Shown here: positions 1 to 9,866 of the stretch, in pieces | Numbering within the stretch: position 1 is the stretch's first letter | Layout: every line of letters starts with the position of its first letter | NCBI GenBank assembly: GCA_013289145.1 | Contig: JABDAM010000002.1 | Coordinates: forward strand, 7,653 to 71,652 | Direction of reading: 5' to 3' | Length of the DNA: 64,000 nt | Source of the DNA: Alphaproteobacteria bacterium | GTDB lineage: Bacteria; Pseudomonadota; Alphaproteobacteria; UBA11073 | The notes under the pieces: model-generated | Databases searched by the model: none | What the model saw: only the letters and a program-made list of their open reading frames with translations | Told to the model about the DNA's origin: nothing | Made by a program: the position numbers and the translations under genes

Positions 1-145
1 CGGCCTGCCCAAAACCCGCAGCGGCAAAATCATGCGCCGCATTTTGCGCAAGATCGCGGAGGGGGATACGAGCAACCTGGGCGATATCTCGACACTGGCT
101 GATCCGGGTGTGGTGGAACAGATTATAAAAGCGGCTAGCCAATAG
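1..145 (+). CDS. acs: Acetyl-CoA synthetase, C-terminal end (gene runs off left edge)
   Basis: From nt 2 the frame reads [47 protein letters not shown], with stop TAG at 143-145. [11 protein letters not shown] is the conserved C-terminal motif of AMP-forming acetyl-CoA synthetases. Confidence 0.75.
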   Translation, partial: GLPKTRSGKIMRRILRKIAEGDTSNLGDISTLADPGVVEQIIKAASQ

Positions 146-194
146 TTACGCGGCGTGCCACATTCCGGCCTCAAGAAAATCAAAGAGGAAAAAT

Positions 195-659
195 ATGTCA
201 GACCTGCGCAGCAAAATTAACGATGAAGTCAAAACGTCCATGAAAGCTGGCGATGCCGCGCGCACGAGCACGCTGCGCATGATCAACGCCGCCATCAAAC
301 AAAAAGACATCGACACGCGCACGGATACGAATAAAGATCCCATCGCCGACGCCGCGATTTTATCCCTGCTGCAAAGCATGATCAAACAGCGGCGCGAGAG
401 CATCGCGCTGTACGAACAAGGCAACCGCGCGGAATTGGCGGCGAAAGAAGCCGAAGAAATCAAAGTGATTGAATCTTTCTTGCCCGCCCAGGTGAGCGAA
501 GCTGAAGCGCGCAAAATCATCGGCGACATCATCGCGTCATCCGGCGCCGCCGGCATCAAAGACATGGGCAAGGTCATGGGCGCCGTCAAAGAAAAACTGT
601 CGGGCCAGTATGATACGGCGGAGGCGTCGAAGCTGGTAAAAGAGTTGCTGAGCGCTTAA
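195..659 (+). CDS. GatB/YqeY domain protein
   Basis: 154-aa ORF with a GAGGAA RBS upstream. MSDLRSKINDEVKTSMKAGD...STLRMINAAIKQKDID and AAKEAEEIKVIESFLP are typical of the YqeY family. Confidence 0.8.
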   Translation: MSDLRSKINDEVKTSMKAGDAARTSTLRMINAAIKQKDIDTRTDTNKDPIADAAILSLLQSMIKQRRESIALYEQGNRAELAAKEAEEIKVIESFLPAQVSEAEARKIIGDIIASSGAAGIKDMGKVMGAVKEKLSGQYDTAEASKLVKELLSA

Positions 660-1501
660 ATTTCAAACGTTATTTTTCTTGGTGCACGGGGAAACAAATT
701 GTGTCTTTTTCTAGCTTCAGGCAAGACTTCCAGTACGATATCCATGACCTGACTTGCCGTATATCTTTCTAGAACTTTGCAAATAGGTGGACTCCAGGTT
801 GCAAGGGCTTCTGCTTGCCTAAATCTTTCCATATCTTCCGGACGCCCCTTCTCACGAATGTTTTCACAATGGATGGAAACCACTAATAAATTGCCATCTT
901 CTTTCAAACCTTGAATAAGGATTGGCAAATGCCCCCTGCCTACAGCGCCATAGAAACCACCCTTAGTTGCCAACTCTCTTAAGCTCCTGAGCATTTCATA
1001 CTCTCGCAACATAAAATTTGCATCCGTCATATTCGGTGCATTATCCCCGTCATTTATTCTGAAGTGGGGGTCAAAAGCGTGCACTTCCGCATCATCTAAT
1101 AATTGCAAAAACCACAAATAATTCGCGTTTTCCGCCCCATCATCCAATTGAGAGTATTCGTTAAACACTGAAGGCAATTTTTTCATCGCCCTTTTTCTTT
1201 CGCTTGGTTTGGCACAGTTAAAACCTGGAAGTAAATAGGATAAAACTTCTTCTGTTGCTTTTTTAAAATCCTCTAATTCAGGCTGATCACATTCTACAGC
1301 GGCTCTTGGAATTCCTAGGTCACAAAAGGCAAAAGCAATCATCAATTCAATCGCCAAGGCGTGACGCGATGTATGAGAATCCCCAATCATCAAAACCAGA
1401 TTTTTCTCAAGCTTATCCGCTTTACGTGCATGCTCAACTGTCAACGTATAGGCATAGTGCAAATCTTTTTTAATTTGGATGTCTTTGTCTTTTGGCGGCA
1501 T
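656..1501 (-). CDS. Hypothetical protein, possibly TraB/GumN/Tiki-superfamily-like; AT-rich orphan
   Basis: 281-aa ORF in a visibly AT-richer patch. MIGDSHTSRHALAIE near the N-terminus and FYGAVGRGHLPILIQGLKEDG near the C-terminus resemble the GxxH and VGxxHL motifs of the TraB/GumN/ChaN/Tiki fold. The assignment is tentative. Confidence 0.5.
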   Translation of the reverse strand: MPPKDKDIQIKKDLHYAYTLTVEHARKADKLEKNLVLMIGDSHTSRHALAIELMIAFAFCDLGIPRAAVECDQPELEDFKKATEEVLSYLLPGFNCAKPSERKRAMKKLPSVFNEYSQLDDGAENANYLWFLQLLDDAEVHAFDPHFRINDGDNAPNMTDANFMLREYEMLRSLRELATKGGFYGAVGRGHLPILIQGLKEDGNLLVVSIHCENIREKGRPEDMERFRQAEALATWSPPICKVLERYTASQVMDIVLEVLPEARKRHNLFPRAPRKITFEI

Positions 1502-1624
1502 GGCTTCTCTCGATTGGCATCCTAACTTCTTTCAAAGCGGAAATTCAAGAAATTTATTGGAATTTTTCTTAAAAAATAGCTTTTTTAGCTGCCATATCAC
1601 GCCTTCTTACGCTAGCAATATCTG

Positions 1625-3313
1625 ATGTCCACCTTTCCCCCGCAATTCCTCGATGAGCTTCGCTTGCGCTTGCCGCTGGCGGATTTTTTGGGACGACGCG
1701 TGCGGCTGGTGAAATCGGGCATTCACACCAAGGCGCTGTGCCCGTTCCATCAGGAAAAATCGCCGTCGTTTGTTTTGTATAACGATCATTATCATTGCTT
1801 CGGCTGCGGCGCGCATGGCGACATTATCAACTTCACCATGCAGGCGGAGCGCCTGTCCTTTCCCGACGCGGTGGAAAAACTGGCGGGTGAAGCGGGCCTG
1901 CCCGTGCCCACGACTTCGCCGCAAGAACGCGAGGCGGCGGCGGCCCAAGCGCGCGGGTTTGATGCGCTGCTGGCGGCGCTGGAATTTTTCCGCGCGCAGT
2001 TGCGCGGCACGGCGCTGCAATACCTGCGCGATCGCGGGTTGGATGATGAAACGATTGAGCGTTTTATGCTCGGCTATTCGCCCGCGGACAGTCAGGCATT
2101 GATCACGCATTTGCGCGGGCAAGGGTTTGCGGAGGATCTTCTGATCCAATTCGGCCTCGCGAAAAAATCCGAACGCGACGGGAAATTATTTTCCTTCTTC
2201 CGCGACCGCGTGATGTTTCCCGTCACGGACCGCCACGGCCGCACCGTCGCATTCGGCGCACGCATTCTGCCGGGCCATGGCGACGGGCCGAAGTATATTA
2301 ACTCAGGCGATCACCCGTTATTTACGAAGGGTAAGTTACTTTATAACCTGCCCGCCGCGCGCCAAGCTGCGCTGGACGGCCAGCCGATTATCGTCACTGA
2401 AGGTTATCTGGACGTGATTTCCTGCGCCGCCGCCGGATTGCCGGGAGCCGTCGCGCCGCTCGGCACGGCGATGACGGAAATACAATTGCAATTGCTGTGG
2501 CGGTTATTGCCCGCGCATGGCGGACGCCATGTGGTGCCGTTGATTTGCTTTGACGGCGACAGCGCGGGACGCACGGCGGCATCACGCGCGCTGGATCGGT
2601 TATTGCCGCATTTGTCGCCCGAACAATCCGCGCGGTTTGCGTTTTTGCCGGAGGGGCAAGATCCGGACAGCCTTATCCGCACGGGCGGCCTCGCAGGTTT
2701 TCAGGACATTTTGCATCAGGCCATCGGCCCCGCCGAATGGCTATGGCAACGCGCGACGGCGCAGCAGAATTTTTCCTCGCCTGAGGAACGCGCGGCGCTG
2801 CGCCGCCGCCTGCGCCAGGAAGTCGCCGAGATCCGCGACGGCGATACGCGCCAGCAATATGAAAACGATTTGAATGCAAGGTTTGAAAAAGCATTTCCAT
2901 CGGCGTCGATGCAGCCTGAACGCAGCGGCTGGCAAAAAAACTTTGGGGCGAAAAATTCCGGCCCTTTGGTTCGGCCTTCAGCGGCGCCTTCGCAATCTCA
3001 TGCGGATTTGCGCAAACAAAAATTATTATTAATGACGCTGATCACCCATCCGCACTTGCTGGACGATGCGCAGGAATTCTTGGCGCACCTGGAAATCGCC
3101 GACCCCATCCTCGCCGCGCTGCAACAATCCCTGGCCGCAACGCCGACGCGGGAGCGCGAACATCTGTGGGAAGAATTGCGCGCAACCGGCCAAGCCGAAA
3201 CGCTCGACACGCTATGGCACGATGCGCAATTACGCCTGACGAAATTCGCCTTCGACCCCGCGCGAGATGAGGATGCGGCGGCGTTTGTGGTGGAGATGAA
3301 GGGGATGGCATAA
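1625..3313 (+). CDS. dnaG: DNA primase
   Basis: CHC2 zinc finger CPFHQEKSPSFVLYNDHYHCFGCGAHGD, Toprim segment IIVTEGYLDVIS...FDGDSAGR. Gene sits directly upstream of rpoD. Confidence 0.95.
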   Translation: MSTFPPQFLDELRLRLPLADFLGRRVRLVKSGIHTKALCPFHQEKSPSFVLYNDHYHCFGCGAHGDIINFTMQAERLSFPDAVEKLAGEAGLPVPTTSPQEREAAAAQARGFDALLAALEFFRAQLRGTALQYLRDRGLDDETIERFMLGYSPADSQALITHLRGQGFAEDLLIQFGLAKKSERDGKLFSFFRDRVMFPVTDRHGRTVAFGARILPGHGDGPKYINSGDHPLFTKGKLLYNLPAARQAALDGQPIIVTEGYLDVISCAAAGLPGAVAPLGTAMTEIQLQLLWRLLPAHGGRHVVPLICFDGDSAGRTAASRALDRLLPHLSPEQSARFAFLPEGQDPDSLIRTGGLAGFQDILHQAIGPAEWLWQRATAQQNFSSPEERAALRRRLRQEVAEIRDGDTRQQYENDLNARFEKAFPSASMQPERSGWQKNFGAKNSGPLVRPSAAPSQSHADLRKQKLLLMTLITHPHLLDDAQEFLAHLEIADPILAALQQSLAATPTREREHLWEELRATGQAETLDTLWHDAQLRLTKFAFDPARDEDAAAFVVEMKGMA

Positions 3314-3320
3314 TAATATC

Positions 3321-3362
3321 ATTCCGGGCGGGGTGCCGCAGGTGCATAGATTCGGGATGACA
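3321..3362. repeat. Solo arm of the 135-bp TTGTCATCCCGG palindromic element
   Basis: attccgggcggggtgccgcaggtgcatagattcgggatgaca aligns with one arm of the elements at 5467-5601 and 49213-49347. It lies 8 nt after the dnaG stop. Confidence 0.4.
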
Positions 3363-3540
3363 GTTTATATAACCTATTGAAATATCGAAATAATTCCAGA
3401 AGCTGGTAATTTTATGCTTGTATTCCTGGTCTTTCCGCGCTATAAACCGCCGCTTGTTTCCGGGCCTGGCAACCCCTAGATATGATTCGCCCCCAGTAAG
3501 ATGAAATAACATAGACAACCCTTAGGAATCTTCGCCGACG

Positions 3541-5466
3541 ATGGCTACTAAACCGACAAAGCCCGCCGCCCCCGCCAAAAAACCCGCATCCAAAGCCGCC
3601 GCCCCCGCGCGGGAAGGCGATGCGCCGCTGCTCGACAACCAGAATGCCAATCTGAAAAAATTATTGGCCAAGGGGAAAACGCGCGGCTTTGTCACCTATG
3701 ACGAATTAAACGCCGCCTTGCCGCCCGAAGAATTTTCGTCCGAACAAATCGAAGACATGATGGGCAAGCTGTCCGAAATGGGCATCAACATCATCGAAGC
3801 CAGCGAGGACGACGAGGAAGAAGAAAAAGAAGGCGGCAATATTTCCGATAGCGAAGTATCGCGCACCGACGACCCCGTGCGCATGTATCTGCGCGAGATG
3901 GGCAACGTTGAATTGCTGTCGCGTGAAGGCGAAATTGCGATCGCGAAACGTATTGAGGCCGGCCGCGAGATGACCATTTCGGGCATCTGCGAAAGCCCGA
4001 TTTCGATTAAGGCTGTGATTGACTGGCATGATGCGCTGGAAGAAGGCCGTTTGTATTTGCGTGACATTATTGATTTGGACGCGAGTTACGGCGCAGGGCC
4101 GGATAATAAAGAGCTGGCGGCCGTCGAACGCGGCGATAAAGACGAAGACGAAGACGAGAAAGAAAAAGAAGGCGGCAGCGACGACGGCGGTTTTGACGAT
4201 GAGGCCGCGATCACCCTGACCGCGATGGAAGCCAGCCTGAAGCCACAGGTGATGGAACATTTGGGCGCGATTAAAGATACCTATAAAGAATTGTCCAAGG
4301 TGCAAAACCAGCGTTTGGTGACGTTGCGCCAGGGCAAGAAACCGACCGACCAGAACAATAAAAAATACGACGAATTAAAACGCAAAATGGTGGAGCAAAT
4401 TGCGCTCGTGCGGTTCAACAATGCGCGGATTGAACAATTGCTGGAAAGTTTGTATTCGCAAAATCGTAAATTGATCGCGGCGGAAGGTAAATTGCTGCGC
4501 ATGGCGATCGACAGCGGCGTATCGCGTGATGAATTCCTGGGCAATTATTACGGTCATGAACTCGACCCGAATTGGCTGGATAGTCTGAGCGGCAAAAGCG
4601 CGGGCTGGAAAAAATTCAAAACCCGTGAAGACCGCATCAACGAAATCCGCGTTGAGATTGAAAAAATCAGCCACGACAACGCCCTGCCGATTTCCGAATT
4701 CCGCCGCATCGTTGGCACCGTGCAAAAAGGCGAAAAAGAAGCCGCCCGCGCGAAAAAGGAAATGGTCGAAGCCAACCTGCGTTTGGTGATTTCGATCGCG
4801 AAAAAATATACCAATCGCGGTTTGCAATTCCTGGATCTGATTCAGGAAGGCAACATCGGCCTGATGAAGGCCGTCGATAAATTCGAATACCGCCGCGGTT
4901 ATAAATTCAGTACCTATGCCACCTGGTGGATCCGCCAGGCGATTACGCGCTCGATCGCCGATCAGGCGCGCACCATCCGTATCCCCGTTCACATGATCGA
5001 GACGATCAACAAACTGGTGCGCACGTCGCGCCAGATGATGAACGAGATCGGCCGCGAACCGACGCCTGAAGAATTGGCTGAGAAGTTGCACATGCCTTTG
5101 GACAAAGTCCGCAAGGTTTTGAAGATTGCCAAAGAACCCGTGTCATTGGAAACGCCTGTTGGTGATGAAGAAGACTCGTCACTCGGTGATTTCATCGAAG
5201 ATAAAAACGCAGTGATCCCCGTCGACGCCGCCGTCCTCGCGAATTTGCGCGAGAGCACTACGCGCGTGTTATCGTCACTGACCCCGCGTGAAGAACGCGT
5301 CCTCCGCATGCGCTTTGGCATCGGCATGAACAGCGACCACACCCTTGAAGAAGTCGGCCAGCAATTCAACGTCACGCGCGAACGTATCCGCCAGATTGAG
5401 GCGAAAGCATTGCGCAAGTTGAAACATCCGAGCAGGTCGCGGAAGCTCAGAAGCTTTTTGGATTAA
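3541..5466 (+). CDS. rpoD: RNA polymerase primary sigma factor sigma-70
   Basis: Acidic region 1, region 2 ([59 protein letters not shown]), and region 4 ([30 protein letters not shown]). Confidence 0.97.
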   Translation: MATKPTKPAAPAKKPASKAAAPAREGDAPLLDNQNANLKKLLAKGKTRGFVTYDELNAALPPEEFSSEQIEDMMGKLSEMGINIIEASEDDEEEEKEGGNISDSEVSRTDDPVRMYLREMGNVELLSREGEIAIAKRIEAGREMTISGICESPISIKAVIDWHDALEEGRLYLRDIIDLDASYGAGPDNKELAAVERGDKDEDEDEKEKEGGSDDGGFDDEAAITLTAMEASLKPQVMEHLGAIKDTYKELSKVQNQRLVTLRQGKKPTDQNNKKYDELKRKMVEQIALVRFNNARIEQLLESLYSQNRKLIAAEGKLLRMAIDSGVSRDEFLGNYYGHELDPNWLDSLSGKSAGWKKFKTREDRINEIRVEIEKISHDNALPISEFRRIVGTVQKGEKEAARAKKEMVEANLRLVISIAKKYTNRGLQFLDLIQEGNIGLMKAVDKFEYRRGYKFSTYATWWIRQAITRSIADQARTIRIPVHMIETINKLVRTSRQMMNEIGREPTPEELAEKLHMPLDKVRKVLKIAKEPVSLETPVGDEEDSSLGDFIEDKNAVIPVDAAVLANLRESTTRVLSSLTPREERVLRMRFGIGMNSDHTLEEVGQQFNVTRERIRQIEAKALRKLKHPSRSRKLRSFLD

Positions 5467-5601
5467 TTGTCATCCCGGCCAAGCCTGCAGGGCGCAGAGC
5501 CGGGATCCCCGGAAGAATAAGGAATGACCGTTGGGAGATTCCGGATAGCAGCTGCGCTAAGACGCTCCGCGTCTAAGCTTCGCTAGCTTCCGGGATGACA
5601 A
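5467..5601 (+). repeat. 135-bp MITE-like palindromic element, copy A
   Basis: Starts TTGTCATCCCGG immediately after the rpoD TAA and ends CCGGGATGACAA. Internal arms also carry CCGGGATCCCC / GGAGATTCCGG. It matches 49213-49347 in reverse orientation. Confidence 0.7.
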
Positions 5602-5628
5602 TCAAAAGCAACGTCTCTATAAAAACGT

Positions 5629-6600
5629 ATGCGCCCCTTCGCCTCCCTCACCGAGCAGGAAATTCTCGCCCTCGCGATTTCGAATGAGGAGGACGATGCG
5701 CGGATTTATCAGTCTTTTGCGGAGCATGTGCGCGGGGATTATCCGGAAACGGCCAAGGTCCTGGACGGCATGGCAGGCGAAGAGGCCGGGCACCGCAATA
5801 TGTTATTTGATTTGTACCGCGAAAAATTCGGCGAGTTTTTACCGCTGATCCGCCGCGCGGACGTGCGCGGTTTTATCAAGCGCGATCCGATCTGGCTGGT
5901 GAAGACCACCAGCCTTGAAACAATCAGTGATTGCGTCGCGCGCATGGAACAGGAAGCGGGCGCGTTTTATCAAAAGGCGGCGGAAATTACGCGGGACGCT
6001 TCCATCCGCAAATTATTAAACGAATTGGCAGATGTTGAACTGCAACATGAAGATACCGCGCATAAACTCAGCGCGAAACATTTGAACGAAAACGCGCGCA
6101 CGTCGGAGAAGCAGACGCACAAGAAAAAATTTATCCTGCAATATATCCAGCCGGGTTTGATGGGCTTGATGGACGGATCGGTTTCCACCCTCGCGCCGTT
6201 ATTCGCGGCGGCATTCGCGACGCATCACAACTGGGAAACTTTCCTGATCGGTCTGGCGGCCGCGATCGGTGCCGGGATTTCCATGGGCTTTGCCGAAGCG
6301 CTGGCGGATGACGGTGAAATTTCCGGGCGCGGCAATCCGATTATTCGCGGCGTTTCATGCGGCGTGATGACGGCGATCGGCGGCCTGGGCCATACCTTGC
6401 CCTACCTGATCCCGGATGACGTGCCGAATGCTTTTGCGCTTGCGACAGGTATCGCCAGCGTTGTTGTGGCGATTGAACTCGGCGTCATCGCCTGGATCAA
6501 GGCGAAGTATATGGAAACCCCGTTCTGGCGCGCGGCGGTGCAGGTGGTGCTGGGCGGGCTGCTGGTATTCGCCGTGGGAATTTTAATCGGCAGCAGTTAA
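5629..6600 (+). CDS. mbfA: Erythrin-VIT1 membrane-bound ferritin-like iron exporter
   Basis: N-terminal rubrerythrin/ferritin-like half (EEAGH, ELQHE metal ligand motifs) fused to a C-terminal multi-TM VIT1/CCC1-like half. This is the architecture of MbfA in rhizobia. Confidence 0.8.
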   Translation: MRPFASLTEQEILALAISNEEDDARIYQSFAEHVRGDYPETAKVLDGMAGEEAGHRNMLFDLYREKFGEFLPLIRRADVRGFIKRDPIWLVKTTSLETISDCVARMEQEAGAFYQKAAEITRDASIRKLLNELADVELQHEDTAHKLSAKHLNENARTSEKQTHKKKFILQYIQPGLMGLMDGSVSTLAPLFAAAFATHHNWETFLIGLAAAIGAGISMGFAEALADDGEISGRGNPIIRGVSCGVMTAIGGLGHTLPYLIPDDVPNAFALATGIASVVVAIELGVIAWIKAKYMETPFWRAAVQVVLGGLLVFAVGILIGSS

Positions 6601-7689
6601 AAACTTTTCCCATTCCGCCGCGCGCGCGGTCCAAGTGTAATTTTCATTCGCCCATCGCACTTGCGCAGACAAACGCTGCTCAAGTTCGCCGCCGCGCCAC
6701 TGGCTTTGTAATTCCGTTATAATGCGTGTGAGCACAGCAGCGTATTCAGCGGCATGCGTATGAGCATCAGAAATGGCGGGCAATAAATGCCCATGACCGT
6801 TCAAAGTTTCCGGCAGCGCGCCGAGATCGGACGTCACCACGATGCATCCGGCGGCGAGGGCCTCCATCACCGCGATACAGGCGGTTTCAGCGAAGGTGTT
6901 GGGATAGGCCAAAATCAACGTCGCGCGCAAAGCTTCGGCCAAATCGGGTTGCGGCACGCTGCCGACATGCGTTACGCCGGACGACGCACGGGCGTTCGTA
7001 AGCAGGCGCGTGATCGTTTCGGGATTTTCCATTTCATATAACTTCATATCCGAAAAGATTTGCAGTTCGATGGAAGGATGCGCGGCGTGGATGGCGGGCC
7101 AGGCGAGCATCAGGCGGTCGAGGCCGCGAAAGGGCGTCGACGTATAGGCCAGGCGCGGCGCCGTGGATTTGCAGGCAAGGATAGGCAGGCCGTCAAACAG
7201 ATTTTCAAACGCGGGTGAAATCGCGTTGCGCAGAACCATGCGCGGCGTGGCGGTGAGCGCTGGGAAGGTTTTCAGATATTCCTCTTCCTGCCATTGACTG
7301 ACGAAAATCATGGCATCCCATGTTTTCAAAGTTTCCAAATCATGCAGCGGCTGGGCGGCGGGCTGGTCGGGCGCAAAATGCTGCCACAAAATCTTTTTCG
7401 CCTGCGGCGCGGCGGCGGCGAGTTGCAGGGGATATTCCACCGTCGAATTATTTAAATGCACAAAGGCATCTGCATCCGCAATCGCAGCAGCGGGAACATG
7501 ATTGCCAAGAGCATGTACGCCCGCGACTTCGTGCGGTTCGGCATTGTTGATGAAACTGACGCGCACGCCGCGCGCGGCCAGGGCCATCATCAGGTAACAG
7601 ACCGCCGATTGCGTCCCGCCGATCGGCCGATGCAGCGGCGCATCCACGCGGTAAGGCCAAGGCACTTGATCGATGAAAACGATATGCAT
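6583..7689 (-). CDS. Glycosyltransferase family 4 (Glycos_transf_1 type)
   Basis: C-terminal FAETACIAVMEALAAGCIVVTSDLGALPE matches the GT-B EX7E-type motif region. Confidence 0.8.
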   Translation of the reverse strand: MHIVFIDQVPWPYRVDAPLHRPIGGTQSAVCYLMMALAARGVRVSFINNAEPHEVAGVHALGNHVPAAAIADADAFVHLNNSTVEYPLQLAAAAPQAKKILWQHFAPDQPAAQPLHDLETLKTWDAMIFVSQWQEEEYLKTFPALTATPRMVLRNAISPAFENLFDGLPILACKSTAPRLAYTSTPFRGLDRLMLAWPAIHAAHPSIELQIFSDMKLYEMENPETITRLLTNARASSGVTHVGSVPQPDLAEALRATLILAYPNTFAETACIAVMEALAAGCIVVTSDLGALPETLNGHGHLLPAISDAHTHAAEYAAVLTRIITELQSQWRGGELEQRLSAQVRWANENYTWTARAAEWEKFLTAAD

Positions 7690-7701
7690 TCAAAGAGATT
7701 A

Positions 7702-7725
7702 GCAGACTGGCGGACTGGTAGACTA
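7702..7725. repeat. Three tandem degenerate octamers (GCAGACTG GCGGACTG GTAGACTA)
   Basis: Read directly in the 48-nt spacer between the GT4 start codon and the stop of the next gene. Confidence 0.6.
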
Positions 7726-7737
7726 GTTATCCTGCGG

Positions 7738-8904
7738 CTAAATCTGCTTTAGCGCTTGCGCGATATCGGCCTGCAAATCATTGACCGCCTCAATCCCGGC
7801 GGAAAAACGCACCAAGCTGTCGGTGATACCGATTTGCGCGCGGCGGTCGGGCGGGATGGAAGCATGTGTCATAATGCCAGGGTGGTTGATAAGGCTTTCA
7901 ACGCCGCCCAGGGATTCCGCCAGGGTGAAAATTTTCAACGCCTCCATAAAACGGCGCGTGCCCGCGAGGTCGGCGTTCAGCTCCGCTAAGATCATGCCGC
8001 CAAAACCGGACATCTGCCGGCGCGCCAGTTCATGCTGTGGATGCGTTTTCAAACCGGGATAGTGCACGGCCTTGATCTGGGGTTGCGCCGCCAGGAATTC
8101 CGCCAGAACGGCGGCATTGGCGCAATGTTTTTCCATGCGCACGGCCAGCGTCTTTACGCCGCGCAGGACAAGGAAAGCGTCAAAAGGCCCGGGCACTGAA
8201 CCGATGGAATTTTGCAAAAACGGCAAGCGTTCCAACAGTTCCGCATTGTCGCCGATCACCACCGCGCCGCCGACGACATCGGAATGACCGTTGATGTATT
8301 TCGTCGTGGAATGCAGCACGAGATCAAAACCGTATTTCAACGGCTGCTGAAGCATCGGCGTGGCGAAGGTGTTATCGCAGATCGAAATCAAATTGTGCTT
8401 TTTGGCAAAGGCGGCGATTTTTTCCAGATCGACCAAACGCATCATCGGATTGGTCGGCGTTTCCGCCCAGATCAATTTGGTATTGGGCCGCACAGCCGCC
8501 GCCAGCGCCGCATCGTCATTCAAATCCACATACGTAAAATCCAAACCGGCGCTGTGGCGGCGCACGCGTTCAAACAGGCGGTATGTGCCGCCATACATAT
8601 CATCCATCGCGATGACGTGACTGCCGGATGGCAATAATTCCAACACCGTGGATTCCGCGCCTTGGCCGGATGAAAAAGCCAGCGCGCGCTGGCCGCCTTC
8701 CAGATCCGCCAGACAGCGTTCCAAAGCCTGGCGCGTTGGATTATGTCCGCGCGAATAAACGTAACCTTTATGCACGCCGGGGCTTTCCTGAGCATAGGTT
8801 GAAGTCGCGTAAATCGGCATCATCACCGCGCCGGTGGTGGGATCGGGCGATTGCCCGGCATGGATGACGCGCGTAGCGGGGTGTAAATGTTTTGTATCCA
8901 TCAT
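7738..8904 (-). CDS. Cystathionine gamma-lyase/gamma-synthase family PLP enzyme
   Basis: Cys/Met-metabolism PLP family. HSTTKYINGHSDVVGG contains the PLP-lysine motif, and the 388-aa length is typical. Confidence 0.85.
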   Translation of the reverse strand: MMDTKHLHPATRVIHAGQSPDPTTGAVMMPIYATSTYAQESPGVHKGYVYSRGHNPTRQALERCLADLEGGQRALAFSSGQGAESTVLELLPSGSHVIAMDDMYGGTYRLFERVRRHSAGLDFTYVDLNDDAALAAAVRPNTKLIWAETPTNPMMRLVDLEKIAAFAKKHNLISICDNTFATPMLQQPLKYGFDLVLHSTTKYINGHSDVVGGAVVIGDNAELLERLPFLQNSIGSVPGPFDAFLVLRGVKTLAVRMEKHCANAAVLAEFLAAQPQIKAVHYPGLKTHPQHELARRQMSGFGGMILAELNADLAGTRRFMEALKIFTLAESLGGVESLINHPGIMTHASIPPDRRAQIGITDSLVRFSAGIEAVNDLQADIAQALKQI

Positions 8905-8906
8905 GA

Positions 8907-9866
8907 TTAATCCTTAAGCAGTTTGGATAAATATTTCACGCCCGCGTCCTGGACGATCGTGACAATGCGCGCGGGACCAGGGATACGGTCCATCAGCCAT
9001 TGCACGCCCGCCAGATTTCCGCCCGCGGATAGGCCCGGCAAAATGCCTTCGAGCCGAGCGCAGGCGCGGCAAAGACCGAAAGCATCGGCGTCGGAATATT
9101 GCATGCTTTCATCCACAACCGTGATGTCTATGGCATCCGTCAGGCATTCTTTACCGACGCCTTCGACTTGATAGGGGCCAAGGTCTTCCTCGCGGCTCAC
9201 GCCGGTTTTGGCGATGTGATAAAGAGCGGAACCTTTGGGATCGGGCAGCAAAACTTTTAATGCCGGATTTTGTTCTTTCAAATATTTCGCCGCGCCTGTG
9301 ATCGTGCCGCCCGTGGAACCGCCGGTGACGAGCCAATCGACCCGGCCATCCATCTGGCGCCAGATTTCGGGACCGGTGGTAAGATAATGCGCTTCGGTAT
9401 TCAGCGGATTATCATATTGATTGACGTGAAAGCTGTTAGGCGTTTCGCGCGCGATTTGCGCCGCGCGGTTGATGTAATGTTCCGGACTGTCATGGTGCAC
9501 ATCGGTCGGGCAAACAATGACCTCCGCGCCCAACATGCGCATGTGGTTTTTCTTTTCTTCAGAAACCTTGGTCATCGTGGTCAGGATCAATTTGTATCCC
9601 AGGCGTGCGCAAAAAAACGCCAGCGCCGCGCCGGTATTGCCCGATGAAGCCTCCACCACCGTCATGCCGGGCCGGAGTTTGCCGGTTTTTTCCGCATCGC
9701 GCAGGATATGCACAACGATGCGGTCTTTTACGCTGCCAGATGGATTGTAGTATTCGAGTTTGGCAAAAACCTCGATGCCCTTGTTATTGGCGAAAAGGCG
9801 GTGGAGCGGCACCATCGGCGTATTGCCGACAAGATGAAAAGCGGGATCAGATTCCAGATGAGGCAT
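8907..9866 (-). CDS. Cysteine synthase / cystathionine beta-synthase-like PLP enzyme (no CBS domains)
   Basis: NPSGSVKDR PLP-lysine motif and GSTGGTITG loop. It lies 2 nt upstream of the gamma-lyase-family gene, suggesting a transsulfuration pair. Confidence 0.85.
   Translation of the reverse strand: MPHLESDPAFHLVGNTPMVPLHRLFANNKGIEVFAKLEYYNPSGSVKDRIVVHILRDAEKTGKLRPGMTVVEASSGNTGAALAFFCARLGYKLILTTMTKVSEEKKNHMRMLGAEVIVCPTDVHHDSPEHYINRAAQIARETPNSFHVNQYDNPLNTEAHYLTTGPEIWRQMDGRVDWLVTGGSTGGTITGAAKYLKEQNPALKVLLPDPKGSALYHIAKTGVSREEDLGPYQVEGVGKECLTDAIDITVVDESMQYSDADAFGLCRACARLEGILPGLSAGGNLAGVQWLMDRIPGPARIVTIVQDAGVKYLSKLLKD

Noticed and set aside
146-589. 147-aa minus-strand ORF opposite the yqeY-like gene
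   Set aside because: It is antisense to a gene with a clear family signature. It has the Ala/Arg/Ser-rich composition typical of shadow ORFs in GC-rich DNA. The same reasoning applies to most other antisense entries in the ORF track, for example 1607-2149, 3706-4305, 4375-5091, 12216-12734, 27501-27932, 35350-35988, 42199-43008, 43060-43551, 44840-45250, 59611-60294 and 61301-61708.
3042-3518. 158-aa minus-strand ORF spanning the dnaG 3' end and the dnaG-rpoD spacer
   Set aside because: It overlaps the dnaG coding sequence antisense and extends through an AT-rich promoter-type spacer. It has no RBS and no recognisable motif.
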